Source: Geobacter metallireducens GS-15
Lineage (GTDB): Bacteria > Desulfobacterota > Desulfuromonadia > Geobacterales > Geobacteraceae
Length of the DNA: 32,000 bases
Reading direction: 5' to 3'
Assembly: GCF_000012925.1 (NCBI RefSeq)
Contig: NC_007517.1
Location: 3,090,001 to 3,122,000, forward strand
Position 1 is the stretch's first letter, and each line of letters opens with the position of its first letter. Made by a program: the position numbers and the translations under genes. Of the stretch, positions 7,904 through 17,222 are shown piece by piece. Below the pieces are notes generated by a model. The model saw nothing but the letters and a program-made list of their open reading frames with translations, ran no database searches and was not told where the DNA came from.

Positions 7904-8842
7904 ATGGCTGACCACACTATCCTGCTGGAAAGCGGCACCAACGAGCTCGAGATCGTCGAGTTCATGCTCAATGAACACAACGAAAAGGGGGAGGCGATCC
8001 CCTCCTACTTCGGCGTCAACGTGGCCAAGGTCCGGGAGATCATCCGCAAGCCCCAGATGTGGAAGGTTCCCAATGCCCATCCCGCCATCGCGGGGATGAT
8101 GAAGCTCCGCGACAAGGTCATCACGGTGGTTGATCTGGCCACCACCCTCGGCAAGAACATGAGCTGCCTCGCCCCGGACCGGGTCATCGTCCTGGAATTC
8201 AACCGGATGATGATCGGCGTGCTGGTGAACGGCGTTTCTCGCATCTACCGCATCTCGTGGGAGCAGGTGGAGCCGCCGGTACGGGCCATCGAGTCGGCCT
8301 ACGTGACCGGCATGGTGAAAATGGAGGACCGGATCATCCTGATCCTCGACTTCGAGAAGATCGTGGGCGAGATCTGCTGCATGGACGTCCTCCACGAGAT
8401 CGGCCATGACCAGCTCCTGGAGGGGGCCATCCTCGACCGGAGCCGCCACCGCATCCTCGTGGCGGACGACTCGACCTTCATCCGCAACAGCATCTGCTCG
8501 TCGCTGCGGGCCGCCGGCTACAACGTGGAGGAGGCGGAGAACGGCGAGGATGCCTGGAACATGATCGTCGCCAAGCTCTCTCACTGCCGGGCCGCCGGAA
8601 CTCCCCTCAGAAGCGAGCTGGACCTCCTCATCACCGACGTGGAGATGCCGAAGATGGACGGACTCCACCTCACCTCCCTCGTGAAGAAGGACGACGTGCT
8701 CAAGGAGCTGCCGGTACTGATCTTCTCGTCCCTGGCCACCGAGGATAACCGGCGCAAATGGAAGGACCTGGGGGCGCTCGATATCGTCACCAAGCCCGAC
8801 CTGCCGAACCTGGTGAAGATCGCGGATGGTGTCATGAACTGA
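7904..8842 (+). CDS. cheV: Chemotaxis coupling protein CheV (CheW-like domain plus receiver domain)
   Basis: The N-terminal CheW-like region is LLESGTNELEIVEF...VINLRGKV-like (MKLRDKVITVVDL). The C-terminal REC domain is ILVADDSTFIR...LLITDVEMPKMDG...SSL...KP. Confidence 0.9.
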   Translation: MADHTILLESGTNELEIVEFMLNEHNEKGEAIPSYFGVNVAKVREIIRKPQMWKVPNAHPAIAGMMKLRDKVITVVDLATTLGKNMSCLAPDRVIVLEFNRMMIGVLVNGVSRIYRISWEQVEPPVRAIESAYVTGMVKMEDRIILILDFEKIVGEICCMDVLHEIGHDQLLEGAILDRSRHRILVADDSTFIRNSICSSLRAAGYNVEEAENGEDAWNMIVAKLSHCRAAGTPLRSELDLLITDVEMPKMDGLHLTSLVKKDDVLKELPVLIFSSLATEDNRRKWKDLGALDIVTKPDLPNLVKIADGVMN

Positions 8843-8867
8843 ACGCCCCCATATCCGCATGTAAAAA

Positions 8868-8895
8868 GCCGCCCAGTCAAAAAGGGCGGCTTTTT
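8868..8895 (+). terminator. Rho-independent terminator after cheV
   Basis: GCCGCCC-agtcaaaaa-GGGCGGC followed by TTTTT. An A-run precedes the stem, so it may work in both directions. Confidence 0.8.
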
Positions 8896-8955
8896 ACGTT
8901 TGGGAGCTGCAATCAAGGAGAAAGGCCGTTCTCATTCTTCGCAGGCTACGGTAGT

Positions 8956-10080
8956 ATGCCGGGTGCCATGCACGACGAACCGGACCATCCCGAACTCTCC
9001 ATCACCGTCCCGACCCTGAATGAGGCCGAGGGGCTCGAACGCTTCTTCGCGATGCTCTCCGCCCAGCAGGGGGTCAGGTTTGAGCTGGTGATCGCCGACG
9101 GCGGCTCCACGGACGGGACGCCGGAGAGCGCCCGGAGGCTGGCCGCTGCCACCCCCTTCGCGGCAACGGTCATCGAAACCGGCCGCGGACGTGGACGGCA
9201 GATGAATGCCGGCGCCGCGGCTGCCGCGGGCGACACCCTTCTCTTTCTCCACGCCGACTGCGCCTTCCCCGATCCCCTGGCCCTGCGGACCGCCCTGGAT
9301 GCCTTCACGCAGACGGTTGCCGCCGGGGGAAGCCACCGGGTGGCCGGGCACTTCCGGCTCCGCTTCGAGCGCACAGATTCCGCCCCTTCCCTCCCCTACT
9401 ATTTCTACGAGTGGAAGGCCCGGCTCCACCGGCCCGGATGCACCCACGGCGACCAGGGGCTCCTCCTCGGGCGGCGCTTTTTTGCCGAGGCAGGCCCCTT
9501 CGACGAGTCGTTCCCGATCCTGGAGGACGTGGGGCTGGCAGAGCGGATCGCGGCCCTGGGGGAGTGGCTGCTCCTGCCGGCAGAGATTGTCACCTCGGCC
9601 CGCCGCTTCGAGGCGGAGGGATTGCGGGAGCGCCAGACCCTGAACGCCCTCCTCATGAACTTCGCGGCCATGGGCTGGGATCCGTTCCTGGCGGAACTGC
9701 CACGCCTCTACCAGAGCCAGGACCGGGCCGGACGCCTCCTCCTCGGTCCGGTACTCCGCCTCATCGCCAGGTTGCTCCGCCCCCTTCCCCGCCGGGAGCG
9801 CGGGAGGCTCTGGCGCGAGACCGGGCGTTACGTGCGGGCCAACGCCTGGCAGATTCCCTTTTTCCTCGACGTGCGGCGCCACTTCCGGCAGGGGACGCCC
9901 GTGGGCGAAGGAGAGACGCCGCGCCTCGATCTCCACGACCGCATCTTCGACCGGCTCACCGAAAACGGGGCCGGCCATCGGGCAACGGCGCTCCTGGTCT
10001 GGATCTGGTTCCGGCTGTCGCTCCTCCGGGAGCCCCTTACACCACCAGCCGCGCGAAATCCGGAAGGGAACGGATCGTGA
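8956..10080 (+). CDS. Family 2 glycosyltransferase with a C-terminal extension
   Basis: LSITVPTLNEAEGLERFF...FELVIADGGSTDGT...GRGRQMNAGA...LLFLHADC is typical of GT2. The ORF-track start at 8758 overlaps cheV and the terminator, so I chose the ATG at 8956 (alternative 8968). Confidence 0.8.
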   Translation: MPGAMHDEPDHPELSITVPTLNEAEGLERFFAMLSAQQGVRFELVIADGGSTDGTPESARRLAAATPFAATVIETGRGRGRQMNAGAAAAAGDTLLFLHADCAFPDPLALRTALDAFTQTVAAGGSHRVAGHFRLRFERTDSAPSLPYYFYEWKARLHRPGCTHGDQGLLLGRRFFAEAGPFDESFPILEDVGLAERIAALGEWLLLPAEIVTSARRFEAEGLRERQTLNALLMNFAAMGWDPFLAELPRLYQSQDRAGRLLLGPVLRLIARLLRPLPRRERGRLWRETGRYVRANAWQIPFFLDVRRHFRQGTPVGEGETPRLDLHDRIFDRLTENGAGHRATALLVWIWFRLSLLREPLTPPAARNPEGNGS

Positions 10081-10909
10081 CCGGGCCGTGGCAGATGAAG
10101 TCACCATCCACCTGCACCGCCTTGTTGCCGCCGATGGTCACGGTATCGGCATCGAAGACCGTGACCCCCGCACCGGCGGCCCCGCGCCCGGCAGCCACCC
10201 TCAGGGCGAGCCGGAGGTAATCGCGCCGCCTCCCCGCCTCGACGCAGACCACCCGGAAGCGGGGCTCGAAGAGGCTTGCGCCGGGGGCCAGGACGAAGCT
10301 CCCGCCGTAGCGGGCCGCATTGCAGACGATGACGCTGTGGCAGGAGCGGCGCGCCCCCGCCGCTTCCACCTCCATGGGCCTCCCATCCCAGGCGGAGAGG
10401 GTCCGAAGGGCCGAGAGGAGGTAGGCCCCCTTGCCGAAGCGCTTTTTCTCCTCGCCAAGCACCCCCTCCACCACGAAGCCGTCGAACCCGGCGCCGGCCA
10501 TGAGAAAGAAGCGGCGACTGACGCCGAACCCTTCCAGGAGCCCCACCGACAGGGGGCGGGCCTCCCGCCGGATGATCCGGCGCACCGCCTCGTCCACGGA
10601 GCCGATCCCCAGCTCCCGGGCACAGACATTGGCGGTGCCCAGGGGGAGGAAGGCCAGGGTCGCCCTGCCCGGCACGAGGCCGTTGATGACGCCGTTCATG
10701 GTTCCATCCCCCCCGCCCGCCACGATAAAGGGATGATCCTCCTCCGCGCAGGCCCGGGCGGCAAAGGCGGCGGCATCGTCGGGACCGCCGGTGAGGAGCA
10801 CTGAGGGGGAGAAGCCGGCTGCGGCCAGGCGAGCCGTCACCCGGTCGACCAGTGACGCGGAATAGCTCCCCGACGTGGGATTGATGATGAGGGTGCAGGA
10901 ACGGGGCAC
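10037..10909 (-). CDS. Diacylglycerol kinase-family lipid kinase (YegS/BmrU-like)
   Basis: LIINPTSGS..., GGDGTMNGVINGL and LPLGTANVCAREL are DAGK catalytic-domain motifs. Confidence 0.85.
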   Translation of the reverse strand: MPRSCTLIINPTSGSYSASLVDRVTARLAAAGFSPSVLLTGGPDDAAAFAARACAEEDHPFIVAGGGDGTMNGVINGLVPGRATLAFLPLGTANVCARELGIGSVDEAVRRIIRREARPLSVGLLEGFGVSRRFFLMAGAGFDGFVVEGVLGEEKKRFGKGAYLLSALRTLSAWDGRPMEVEAAGARRSCHSVIVCNAARYGGSFVLAPGASLFEPRFRVVCVEAGRRRDYLRLALRVAAGRGAAGAGVTVFDADTVTIGGNKAVQVDGDFICHGPVTIRSLPDFARLVV

Positions 10910-11064
10910 GAAACAACTCCTTGTGAAATGGCATGTGGCGGCAGTATAGCACCCCCCTCGGGAGAGGGACCACGATTTTGATGGACGGCCGTGTCAACCG
11001 GCATTGCCGATGGGGCGTTTTCGATACTATACGAGTAACCCATCAAACAAAAGGAGGTACTGAG

Positions 11065-11547
11065 ATGAAACGGATCAGTTTTGTGCTGGCGGCCGCAGCG
11101 GTCGTCGTCTCTCTTGCCGGAATCAACCACGGGGCATGGGCCCAGATCGGGCCGGGAGATGGAGCGGGCATGGGTGCGGGAACGGGAGCGGGGACAGGGC
11201 CCAAGAGGGGCGCGGGCAAGATGCGGAAAATGGACCCGGAACGGATGCTCCAACGAATGGAGGCAAACCTCGGGCTCAGCGCCGAGCAGAAGGAGAAGAT
11301 CAGGCCGATTCTCCAGGAGCAGATACAGGAGATGCAGGCCATCCGCAACGACACCACCCTCACCCGCGTCCAGAAGCGTGAAAAGATGCAGGAGATGCGC
11401 GACAAGTATCACGCAAGAATCGGTGAGCAGCTAACCGCCGAACAGCGCCAGAAAGCCGATGACATGCGGAAAAAGGCCAAGGAGCGGTGGGAAAAGCGGA
11501 AAAACCGGGTGAAACAAGGTCCGAAGCCGACGAGTGATGTCAAATAG
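11065..11547 (+). CDS. Periplasmic Spy/CpxP-like (LTxxQ-repeat) protein
   Basis: AAGGAGG SD at 11051-11057. Signal peptide MKRISFVLAAAAVVVSLAGINHGAWA/Q. LxxEQ motifs LSAEQKEKIRPI and LTAEQRQKADDM. Highly charged helical sequence. Confidence 0.7.
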   Translation: MKRISFVLAAAAVVVSLAGINHGAWAQIGPGDGAGMGAGTGAGTGPKRGAGKMRKMDPERMLQRMEANLGLSAEQKEKIRPILQEQIQEMQAIRNDTTLTRVQKREKMQEMRDKYHARIGEQLTAEQRQKADDMRKKAKERWEKRKNRVKQGPKPTSDVK

Positions 11548-11578
11548 CCCCTTCCGTTACACTGCAACCGAAGAAAAA

Positions 11579-11603
11579 GGCCGCCCACGTGGGTGGCCTT
11601 TTT
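11579..11603 (+). terminator. Rho-independent terminator
   Basis: GGCCGCCCA-cg-TGGGTGGCC (one G.U pair) followed by TTTTT, with an A-run preceding. Confidence 0.8.
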
Positions 11604-11636
11604 CTTCTCAGCGATCCTGTTTTTCGCCTCAGCTCC

Positions 11637-11664
11637 TTGACGGGAAAAGAATGTCAATTAATAT
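11637..11664 (+). promoter_or_regulatory. Sigma70-type promoter for the Ig-like lipoprotein gene
   Basis: TTGACG-N16-TAATAT in an AT-rich patch, ~80 nt upstream of the ATG at 11747. Confidence 0.5.
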
Positions 11665-11746
11665 TATTCAATACTTACTTTGTTGGATCGACGATGTAAC
11701 CGGTAGTATTGGAGATTAGACCGCAAGATGCAAGGGAGGAGGAGTA

Positions 11747-12808
11747 GTGATGAAGGGGTTTATTAAGCTGTTTTTCGCCGCAATCGTTCTTTGCGTTTTA
11801 GTCGTCGGATGCGGGAGCGGAGGGGGTGGGGGAGGAGTCACCGCCATCGATCTCATTCGGCCCGAAATATCCCAGACCCTGCCGGCCAACGGCGCCACCA
11901 ACGTAGGGACCACCTCCCCCATCATCATCACCTTCAGCGAACCGATGAATCAGGACTCTGTGAAAGCCGCCTTTTCATTGGCCACAGGTTCAACCACTAT
12001 TCCTTGCACCTTCAGCTATAACGGCACCACGGCAACGTTCACCCCCCCTGCCCTCAACGGCAATACACCATATACCGCCACCATCGCCGCCACTGCCAAG
12101 GACATGGCGGGAAACAGCCTGGGAGGCGATCATGCCTGGACGTTCACAACCGGCATAGGGCAGGACACCACGCCGCCCACCGTCCAGTCCTATGCCCCGA
12201 CCGGCACCGCCGTCGGCATCAACTCCACCATCGCCATAACCTTCAGTGAACCGATGAATACCGACTCCGTAAAAGCTGCGTTCTCGCTGACCCCGACCGC
12301 GGACCCGACCAAGAAAATTTCCGGAACTTTCAGCTTCATCGGTGATACGGCGGTCTTTACACCGGACACTCTCCTTGACTATTATACCTCCTATACAGTC
12401 ACCATCGCTACAACAGCGACAGATCTGGTCGGTAACAACATGACAGCACTTCCCCCCTGGAATTTCACTACTAGACCACCTCCCGCCAAGGACACTGAAG
12501 CACCAATCGTGAGTCCCGGATTAGAATTTCCCTTGGACGGCTCCACCGACGTGCCCCGCAATACGCCAATATCCGTCTCGTTCAATGAACCGATAGCCCC
12601 CTTCTACTACGGCTCCATCAATGGTTTCCCGACGAAAGTGACCATCGACTACACCACCAACACCGTTACCATGAAGCCCACGACCCTGCTGACAGCCAAC
12701 ACTACCTACACGGTCTCCATCAGGGTGACAGACCTGGCCGGCAACTCAATGGCCACTACATACCAGTGGCAATTCACGACAGGCGCTACCCCGACATCCC
12801 TTCCGTGA
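11747..12808 (+). CDS. Lipoprotein with three SbsA/Big_5-type Ig-like repeats
   Basis: Lipobox LVVGC followed by a Gly run. Three ~100-aa repeats each contain P..V....P..G...V.....I.ITFSEPMN.DSVKAAFSL...F.P...L...T.YTVTI...A.D..GN......W.FTT. Confidence 0.8.
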   Translation: MMKGFIKLFFAAIVLCVLVVGCGSGGGGGGVTAIDLIRPEISQTLPANGATNVGTTSPIIITFSEPMNQDSVKAAFSLATGSTTIPCTFSYNGTTATFTPPALNGNTPYTATIAATAKDMAGNSLGGDHAWTFTTGIGQDTTPPTVQSYAPTGTAVGINSTIAITFSEPMNTDSVKAAFSLTPTADPTKKISGTFSFIGDTAVFTPDTLLDYYTSYTVTIATTATDLVGNNMTALPPWNFTTRPPPAKDTEAPIVSPGLEFPLDGSTDVPRNTPISVSFNEPIAPFYYGSINGFPTKVTIDYTTNTVTMKPTTLLTANTTYTVSIRVTDLAGNSMATTYQWQFTTGATPTSLP

Positions 12809-12832
12809 AACGGAGTGCGCCATGCACAAAAA

Positions 12833-12861
12833 GGGGGGACGATGCACCGCATCGTCCCCCC
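12833..12861. terminator. Bidirectional terminator between convergent genes
   Basis: GGGGGGACGATG-caccg-CATCGTCCCCCC is a 12-bp stem. It is flanked by AAAAA upstream and TTT downstream. Confidence 0.75.
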
Positions 12862-12891
12862 CTTTCCGTTCCAACCTCAGTGATGTTTACC

Positions 12892-13299
12892 CTACCCAAG
12901 CTTCCCCTTCAGGAACTCCAACCCCTTCTCCAGGAGCCCCCCTTCGGGGATTTGCCCGTCGGGGGTGAGCTTGTCGACGACGCCGGGAAGGAGCTCGGAG
13001 AGCTTCGAGCTCAGGTCGTCCGGAGAGATCCCCACTTTGGCGGCCAGGTTCTGGATGGTCTCGCTCCCGAGCCCTTCCTTGATCTGGTCGGCGTTGATGG
13101 GGAGGTTCTGACCCGTACTGACCCACGAGGAGATGATGTCACCGAGCCCCTTGTCCTTGAAGTTCTGGACAAGGTTGCCCAGTCCCCCCTGGCCGCCGAG
13201 CATCTCCATCACACCGCCGAGCAACCCCTCCTGTCCCTCTCCCTGACCGCCGCCCAGCATTCCCGTCGCCTTGCTAACCAACTCGTCAAGCAGTCCCAT
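12892..13299 (-). CDS. YidB/DUF937 family protein
   Basis: MGLLDELV...LGGLG.LV..F...GLGDIISSWVSTGQNLPI...QI...LG...I..LA.K.GIS.....S.LSELLP..VDKLTP.G is the characteristic DUF937 pattern. Confidence 0.75.
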   Translation of the reverse strand: MGLLDELVSKATGMLGGGQGEGQEGLLGGVMEMLGGQGGLGNLVQNFKDKGLGDIISSWVSTGQNLPINADQIKEGLGSETIQNLAAKVGISPDDLSSKLSELLPGVVDKLTPDGQIPEGGLLEKGLEFLKGKLG

Positions 13300-13347
13300 G
13301 ATAATCCTCCTCTGTCCGTGATGGAGAAATCCAAAGCCTCGATCGGG

Positions 13348-13950
13348 TTATTGTTCCTTGCCACCCTGCTTGGGCGCCCGGTAGCCCGCCTTGATGGCCT
13401 CGGACTCGGTCATGTAGCTACCCTTCTTGGTCTTGCCGTACCAGCGGCTCCCTTCCTTGTGATAGACCTTGGAATCGGGGTTCACCCAGACCATCCCCCT
13501 GCCGGCGGGAGGGACAGCTACTTTGGCGGGAGCAGCGGCCTTGGGCATCGCCGGGGTCTTGGCGGCTGGCACGGTCATGGTGGGCTTGGGCGCAGCCGGC
13601 ATCGCCGGTTTTGCAGCCGCTTTTGCAGCCGCTTTTGCGCCGCCCCCCACGGTCACGAGAGGAGCGATCTTCTCCACCGTCTTGGCCGGCAGCTTTGCCT
13701 TCGTTGAAAGCTCGGACGTCGAGGTGTAAGGACGGCCGGCCATGATCTTCTTGGCCGTTGCGGCGCCAACTCCCGGCAGCTTCTCCAGCTCCGTCTGAGT
13801 GGCGGAGTTCAGGTCAACGGGTCCAGAGACGGCCGTTGCTGCCACGCCCGCGGCCTTGGGCGCCGCGAATGCGCTTGAAAGCGGCATAAGCGCCACAAGA
13901 GAGAACATCCCCGCACATGCTGCAATTCCTCTGATGATACCTCGCTTCAT
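13348..13950 (-). CDS. Secreted helix-hairpin-helix (ComEA-like) protein with an Ala/Pro/Lys linker and a C-terminal YHxxxSxWYGKTK motif
   Basis: The SD AAAGGGGGAAG lies before the ATG at 13950. Signal peptide ...LSSAFA/AP. The HhH region is VDLNSATQTELEKLPGVGAATAKKI. The C-terminus is VWVNPDSKVYHKEGSRWYGKTKKGSYMTESEAIKAGYR. Confidence 0.75.
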   Translation of the reverse strand: MKRGIIRGIAACAGMFSLVALMPLSSAFAAPKAAGVAATAVSGPVDLNSATQTELEKLPGVGAATAKKIMAGRPYTSTSELSTKAKLPAKTVEKIAPLVTVGGGAKAAAKAAAKPAMPAAPKPTMTVPAAKTPAMPKAAAPAKVAVPPAGRGMVWVNPDSKVYHKEGSRWYGKTKKGSYMTESEAIKAGYRAPKQGGKEQ

Positions 13951-14079
13951 ACTTCCCCCTTTCAATTCCATAATAGTCAGGCTTCAGCTTCTGCCGTGCG
14001 TATCAAAATATTACCGCATTTTCAGCGGAAATCTCTAACAATATTCCCCCTTGGTGGGAAAATTTTACTCATCGGTTCC

Positions 14080-16515
14080 TCATTTTTCTCCTTCCTGCTT
14101 CTTCTCATCCTTGTCGGAAGCGCCGAACATCTTCATGCTTTCAATCATCTCCCGCAGCCGCTTGTCCACCAGGTGGTTGATGCTCTCTTCCGGATAGGTG
14201 CCGTCCTCCTGCCGCTCGCCGGCCGCAACGCCGGTGAGGAGCTCGATCCCCTGGTCAATGGTCTCCACGCTCCAGATGTGAAACTTGCCGTCGCGCACCG
14301 CCTGGACCACCTCGTCGTTCAGCATCAGATGCCGCTCGTTGGATTTGGGGATGATGACCCCCTGCTCGCCCGTGAGTCCCTTGGCCTTGCAGACGGCGTA
14401 GAACCCCTCGATCTTGAAGTTGACGCCGCCGATGGGCTGGATCATGCCGTGCTGGTTGACGCTGCCGGTGACGGCGATCCCCTGCCTGATCGGTACCCCG
14501 GAGAAGGCGGACAACAGGCAGTAGAGCTCGGTGGAGGAGGCGCTGTCCCCCTCGACTCCCTCGTAGTTCTGCTCGAAGCAGATGGAGGCGGAGAACGAGA
14601 GAGGCTTGTCGTGGGCGAACTTCCCCCCCAGGTAGCCGGTGAGGATCAGGACCCCCTTGTCGTGGATGGGTCCCGAGAGCTTCACCTCCCGCTCGATGTT
14701 GACCATGCCGGCCCGTCCGAGATACACCCGGGCCGTGACCCGGGACGGACGGCCAAAGGTGTGGTCTCCCAGGGAGATGACCGACAGGCCGTTGATCTGC
14801 CCCGGCATGGCGCCGTCCACGTCAACGAGGATGGTCCCGTCGTCGAAGAGCTCCTGCATCCGCTCCTCGATCCGGTTGCTCCGGTAGACCTTCTGTTCGA
14901 TGGCGTTGGCCACGTGGGCGTGGGTGACGGGGCCGCCGCCGTCCTTGCCGGCCCAGTAGCTGGCCTCGCGGATGAGGTCGGCGATCTCCATGAACTGGGA
15001 GGAGAGCTTCTCCTGGTCCTCCACCAGCCGGGCCGAGTACTCGATGAGCCCGGCCACGCCGCTGCGGTCGAAGGGGAGGAGCTTCTCGTTCTTGCAGTGG
15101 GTGGAAACGAAGAGGGCATAGTCCTTCAGCACCTCCGGGGTGCGGGCGATGCGGCTGTCGAAATCCACCTTCACCTTGAAGAACTTCCGGTAGTCGGGCT
15201 CCAGGTGGTAGAGGAGGTAGTAGATCCACGGCGAGCCGATCATGATGATCTTGGCCTGGAGGGGTATTGCCTCAGGCTTCATGGAGACGATGGTGATGAA
15301 GCGGTACTGCTCCAGGGGGTCTTCGAACTTGATCTCGGCACTACGGATGCAGCGTTTCAACGCATCCCATGAGTAGGGGTTGACGAGGACCTCGCGGGCG
15401 TCGACGATGAGGTAGCCGCTATTGGCCCTGTGGAGCGCCCCCGGCTTGATCATGGTGAAGTTGGTGGTAGCCGTTCCCCCCATCTGCATGATGTGCTCGG
15501 TGCGACCGAAGAGGTTGCTGTAAGTGGGGTTTGGTTCGAAGACCACCGGCGCCCCTTCGGCGTCATGGTTATCGACGAAGACGTTCACCTGGTAGCGCTC
15601 GAAGGAGGGCTCCTGGCGGGGGAGCTTGAGCCCCGGAATAGGGGACTGGACCTGCTGCTGGGGCTTGAAGTCCTCCAGGTTGGCGATGATGTCCTCCTGA
15701 ACGGTGTTCAGATACTCCAGAACCTTGGGGGACTCACCGTACTTCTCCCGGAGCGGATCGATGTGGTGCCCCACCGAGGCATTGCCCAGGTCCCGGTCCA
15801 GCTGGGCGAGGCTCTCCTTGGTCTGCTTCTCGTTGTCGCGCACCTGGCGAAGCACGTCGTTGAGCTTCTCGGTCAGTTCCTGCCCCCCCTCCTCCAGCTT
15901 CCCCTTCTCCTGGTCGCTAAGGGCCTCGTACTCCTCCTGGGTGTAGTTGCGCTCCTCCTTCTGGGGAACCATGACGAGCCCCGAGACGGTGCGCTGCAGG
16001 GCAAACCCTTTCTCCTGGGCCTCGGCCTCCAGCTGCCCGAACAGCTCGTTGTTCTTCTCCTGGTATGCCTCGACGATGGTGGCCTTGTTGTTCTCGTACT
16101 CCTTGCTGTCCAGGGCCTTGGGGATGATGGAGCGAACCGTGGTGATCAGCTCATCCATGTCCAGGGAAAGCTCGGTCCCCTTCCCTGCCGGCAGCGCCAG
16201 GGCAATGGGGAGGTCAGGGCTCTTGAAGTTGTTGACATAGACCCAGTCGGAAGGGATCGGCTCGGTCTTGGCCTTCTTCTTCAGGATGTTCTTGATGGTA
16301 GAGGTGCGGCCGGTGCCGGCCTCGCCGGTCAGGAAGAGGTTGAAGCCGCTCTCCCGAATGTCGAGACCGAAGTCGATGGAAGCGAGCGCCCGGGCCTGTC
16401 CCAGGGTTCCTTCCAGCTCGGGGAGGTCGTCGGTGGTGGTGAAATCGAACTGACCGGGATCGCAGGTCCAGCGGAGCTGCTCGGGAAGAAGTTTTCTCTG
16501 GCTGGGGAGTGGCAT
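14080..16515 (-). CDS. Lon-like protease (COG1067/LonC-like): AAA-like domain with a coiled-coil insertion, plus a Ser-Lys protease domain
   Basis: P-loop-like LTGEAGTGRTS. A long charged helical insert spans ~res 140-260. The C-terminal Lon protease domain carries GDSASSTELYCLLSA and PIGGVNFKIEG. Confidence 0.85.
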   Translation of the reverse strand: MPLPSQRKLLPEQLRWTCDPGQFDFTTTDDLPELEGTLGQARALASIDFGLDIRESGFNLFLTGEAGTGRTSTIKNILKKKAKTEPIPSDWVYVNNFKSPDLPIALALPAGKGTELSLDMDELITTVRSIIPKALDSKEYENNKATIVEAYQEKNNELFGQLEAEAQEKGFALQRTVSGLVMVPQKEERNYTQEEYEALSDQEKGKLEEGGQELTEKLNDVLRQVRDNEKQTKESLAQLDRDLGNASVGHHIDPLREKYGESPKVLEYLNTVQEDIIANLEDFKPQQQVQSPIPGLKLPRQEPSFERYQVNVFVDNHDAEGAPVVFEPNPTYSNLFGRTEHIMQMGGTATTNFTMIKPGALHRANSGYLIVDAREVLVNPYSWDALKRCIRSAEIKFEDPLEQYRFITIVSMKPEAIPLQAKIIMIGSPWIYYLLYHLEPDYRKFFKVKVDFDSRIARTPEVLKDYALFVSTHCKNEKLLPFDRSGVAGLIEYSARLVEDQEKLSSQFMEIADLIREASYWAGKDGGGPVTHAHVANAIEQKVYRSNRIEERMQELFDDGTILVDVDGAMPGQINGLSVISLGDHTFGRPSRVTARVYLGRAGMVNIEREVKLSGPIHDKGVLILTGYLGGKFAHDKPLSFSASICFEQNYEGVEGDSASSTELYCLLSAFSGVPIRQGIAVTGSVNQHGMIQPIGGVNFKIEGFYAVCKAKGLTGEQGVIIPKSNERHLMLNDEVVQAVRDGKFHIWSVETIDQGIELLTGVAAGERQEDGTYPEESINHLVDKRLREMIESMKMFGASDKDEKKQEGEK

Positions 16516-16580
16516 GACGGGCCTCCTTATTCATTGCATTTGAATTGAACAAGTATACCACGCCTTCAGGATTTGTAAGG

Positions 16581-17222
16581 TCAGGGGGCCGGTTCAGCCG
16601 TCTCAAGGAAAGGAAGCCGCTCGTCGAGGAGGAACGGAAACCGCCCGGCCACCGAACGGCGGACGTCACCCAGGGGGACGGGGCGACCGAGGATGGCGGA
16701 GAGAGAGGTGATGGGGCAGGCAACAATGCCGCAGGGGTTGATGGAGCGGAAGGGGGCCAATTCGTTGGTGACGTTGAGGGCGAAACCGTGCATCGTCACC
16801 CAGCGGCGAACGCCGACGCCGATGGAAGCCAGCTTCCCCCCGTCGGTCCAGATGCCGGTGCGGCCTGGTTCGCGGCGGGCGGCGACGCCGAATTCGGCCG
16901 CCACATTGATGAGTAGTTCTTCGAGGATACGGAGGTAGCGGTGAAGGTCGCGGCCACGGCGCCCCAGGTCGATGACGGGGTAGCCGACCAGTTGCCCCGG
17001 CCCGTGGAACGTCACGTCGCCGCCACGGTTGGCTTCCACCACCCGGATTCCGGGGTCGAGCACATTCTCCCGGCAACCGCCCCGACCAATAGTGTAGACC
17101 GGCGGATGCTCCAGGAGGAGAAGCGTCTCCGGCGACGTTCCGGCAGCCACCCCGGCCGCCAGTTGTTCCTGAATGGCCAGCGCCGCCTCGAACTCCAACT
17201 TCCCCAGGTCACGAATCATCAT
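16581..17222 (-). CDS. lipB: Octanoyltransferase (lipoyl(octanoyl) transferase) LipB
   Basis: LLLLEHPPVYTIGRGG, RGGDVTFHGPGQLVGYPV, KLASIGV and HGFALNV are LipB motifs. The start overlaps the upstream kinase stop by 4 nt. Confidence 0.9.
   Translation of the reverse strand: MMIRDLGKLEFEAALAIQEQLAAGVAAGTSPETLLLLEHPPVYTIGRGGCRENVLDPGIRVVEANRGGDVTFHGPGQLVGYPVIDLGRRGRDLHRYLRILEELLINVAAEFGVAARREPGRTGIWTDGGKLASIGVGVRRWVTMHGFALNVTNELAPFRSINPCGIVACPITSLSAILGRPVPLGDVRRSVAGRFPFLLDERLPFLETAEPAP

Noticed and set aside
8932-10220. 391-aa minus ORF and 269-aa plus ORF overlapping the glycosyltransferase
   Set aside because: The GT2 frame carries the family motifs. The alternatives are Pro/Arg/Gly-rich, with no motifs.
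10925-10945. TGGCAT-GTGGC-GGCAG, a sigma54-like -24 element
   Set aside because: The -12 TTGC element is missing (GGCA instead), so it is not a credible sigma54 promoter.
10977-11047. A long-range stem TTTGATGG...CCATCAAA in the leader of the Spy/CpxP-like gene (a possible structured 5' UTR)
   Set aside because: The stem is only 8 bp and AU-rich, with no recognisable riboswitch core. It does not sequester the SD. It may well be fortuitous.
11604-11746. A possible c-di-GMP/cGAMP (GEMM-I) riboswitch in the leader of the Ig-like lipoprotein gene
   Set aside because: Geobacter often has GEMM leaders on such genes. Here, though, the hallmark GGCAAA...GACGCAAAGC-type elements are absent, and only a loose 'gaccgcaag' is present.
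13996-16548. 458-aa and 372-aa plus-strand ORFs (13996..15372 and 15430..16548)
   Set aside because: Both are antisense to the Lon-like protease gene. They are Leu/Gly/Asp/Val-rich mirror-frame artefacts.
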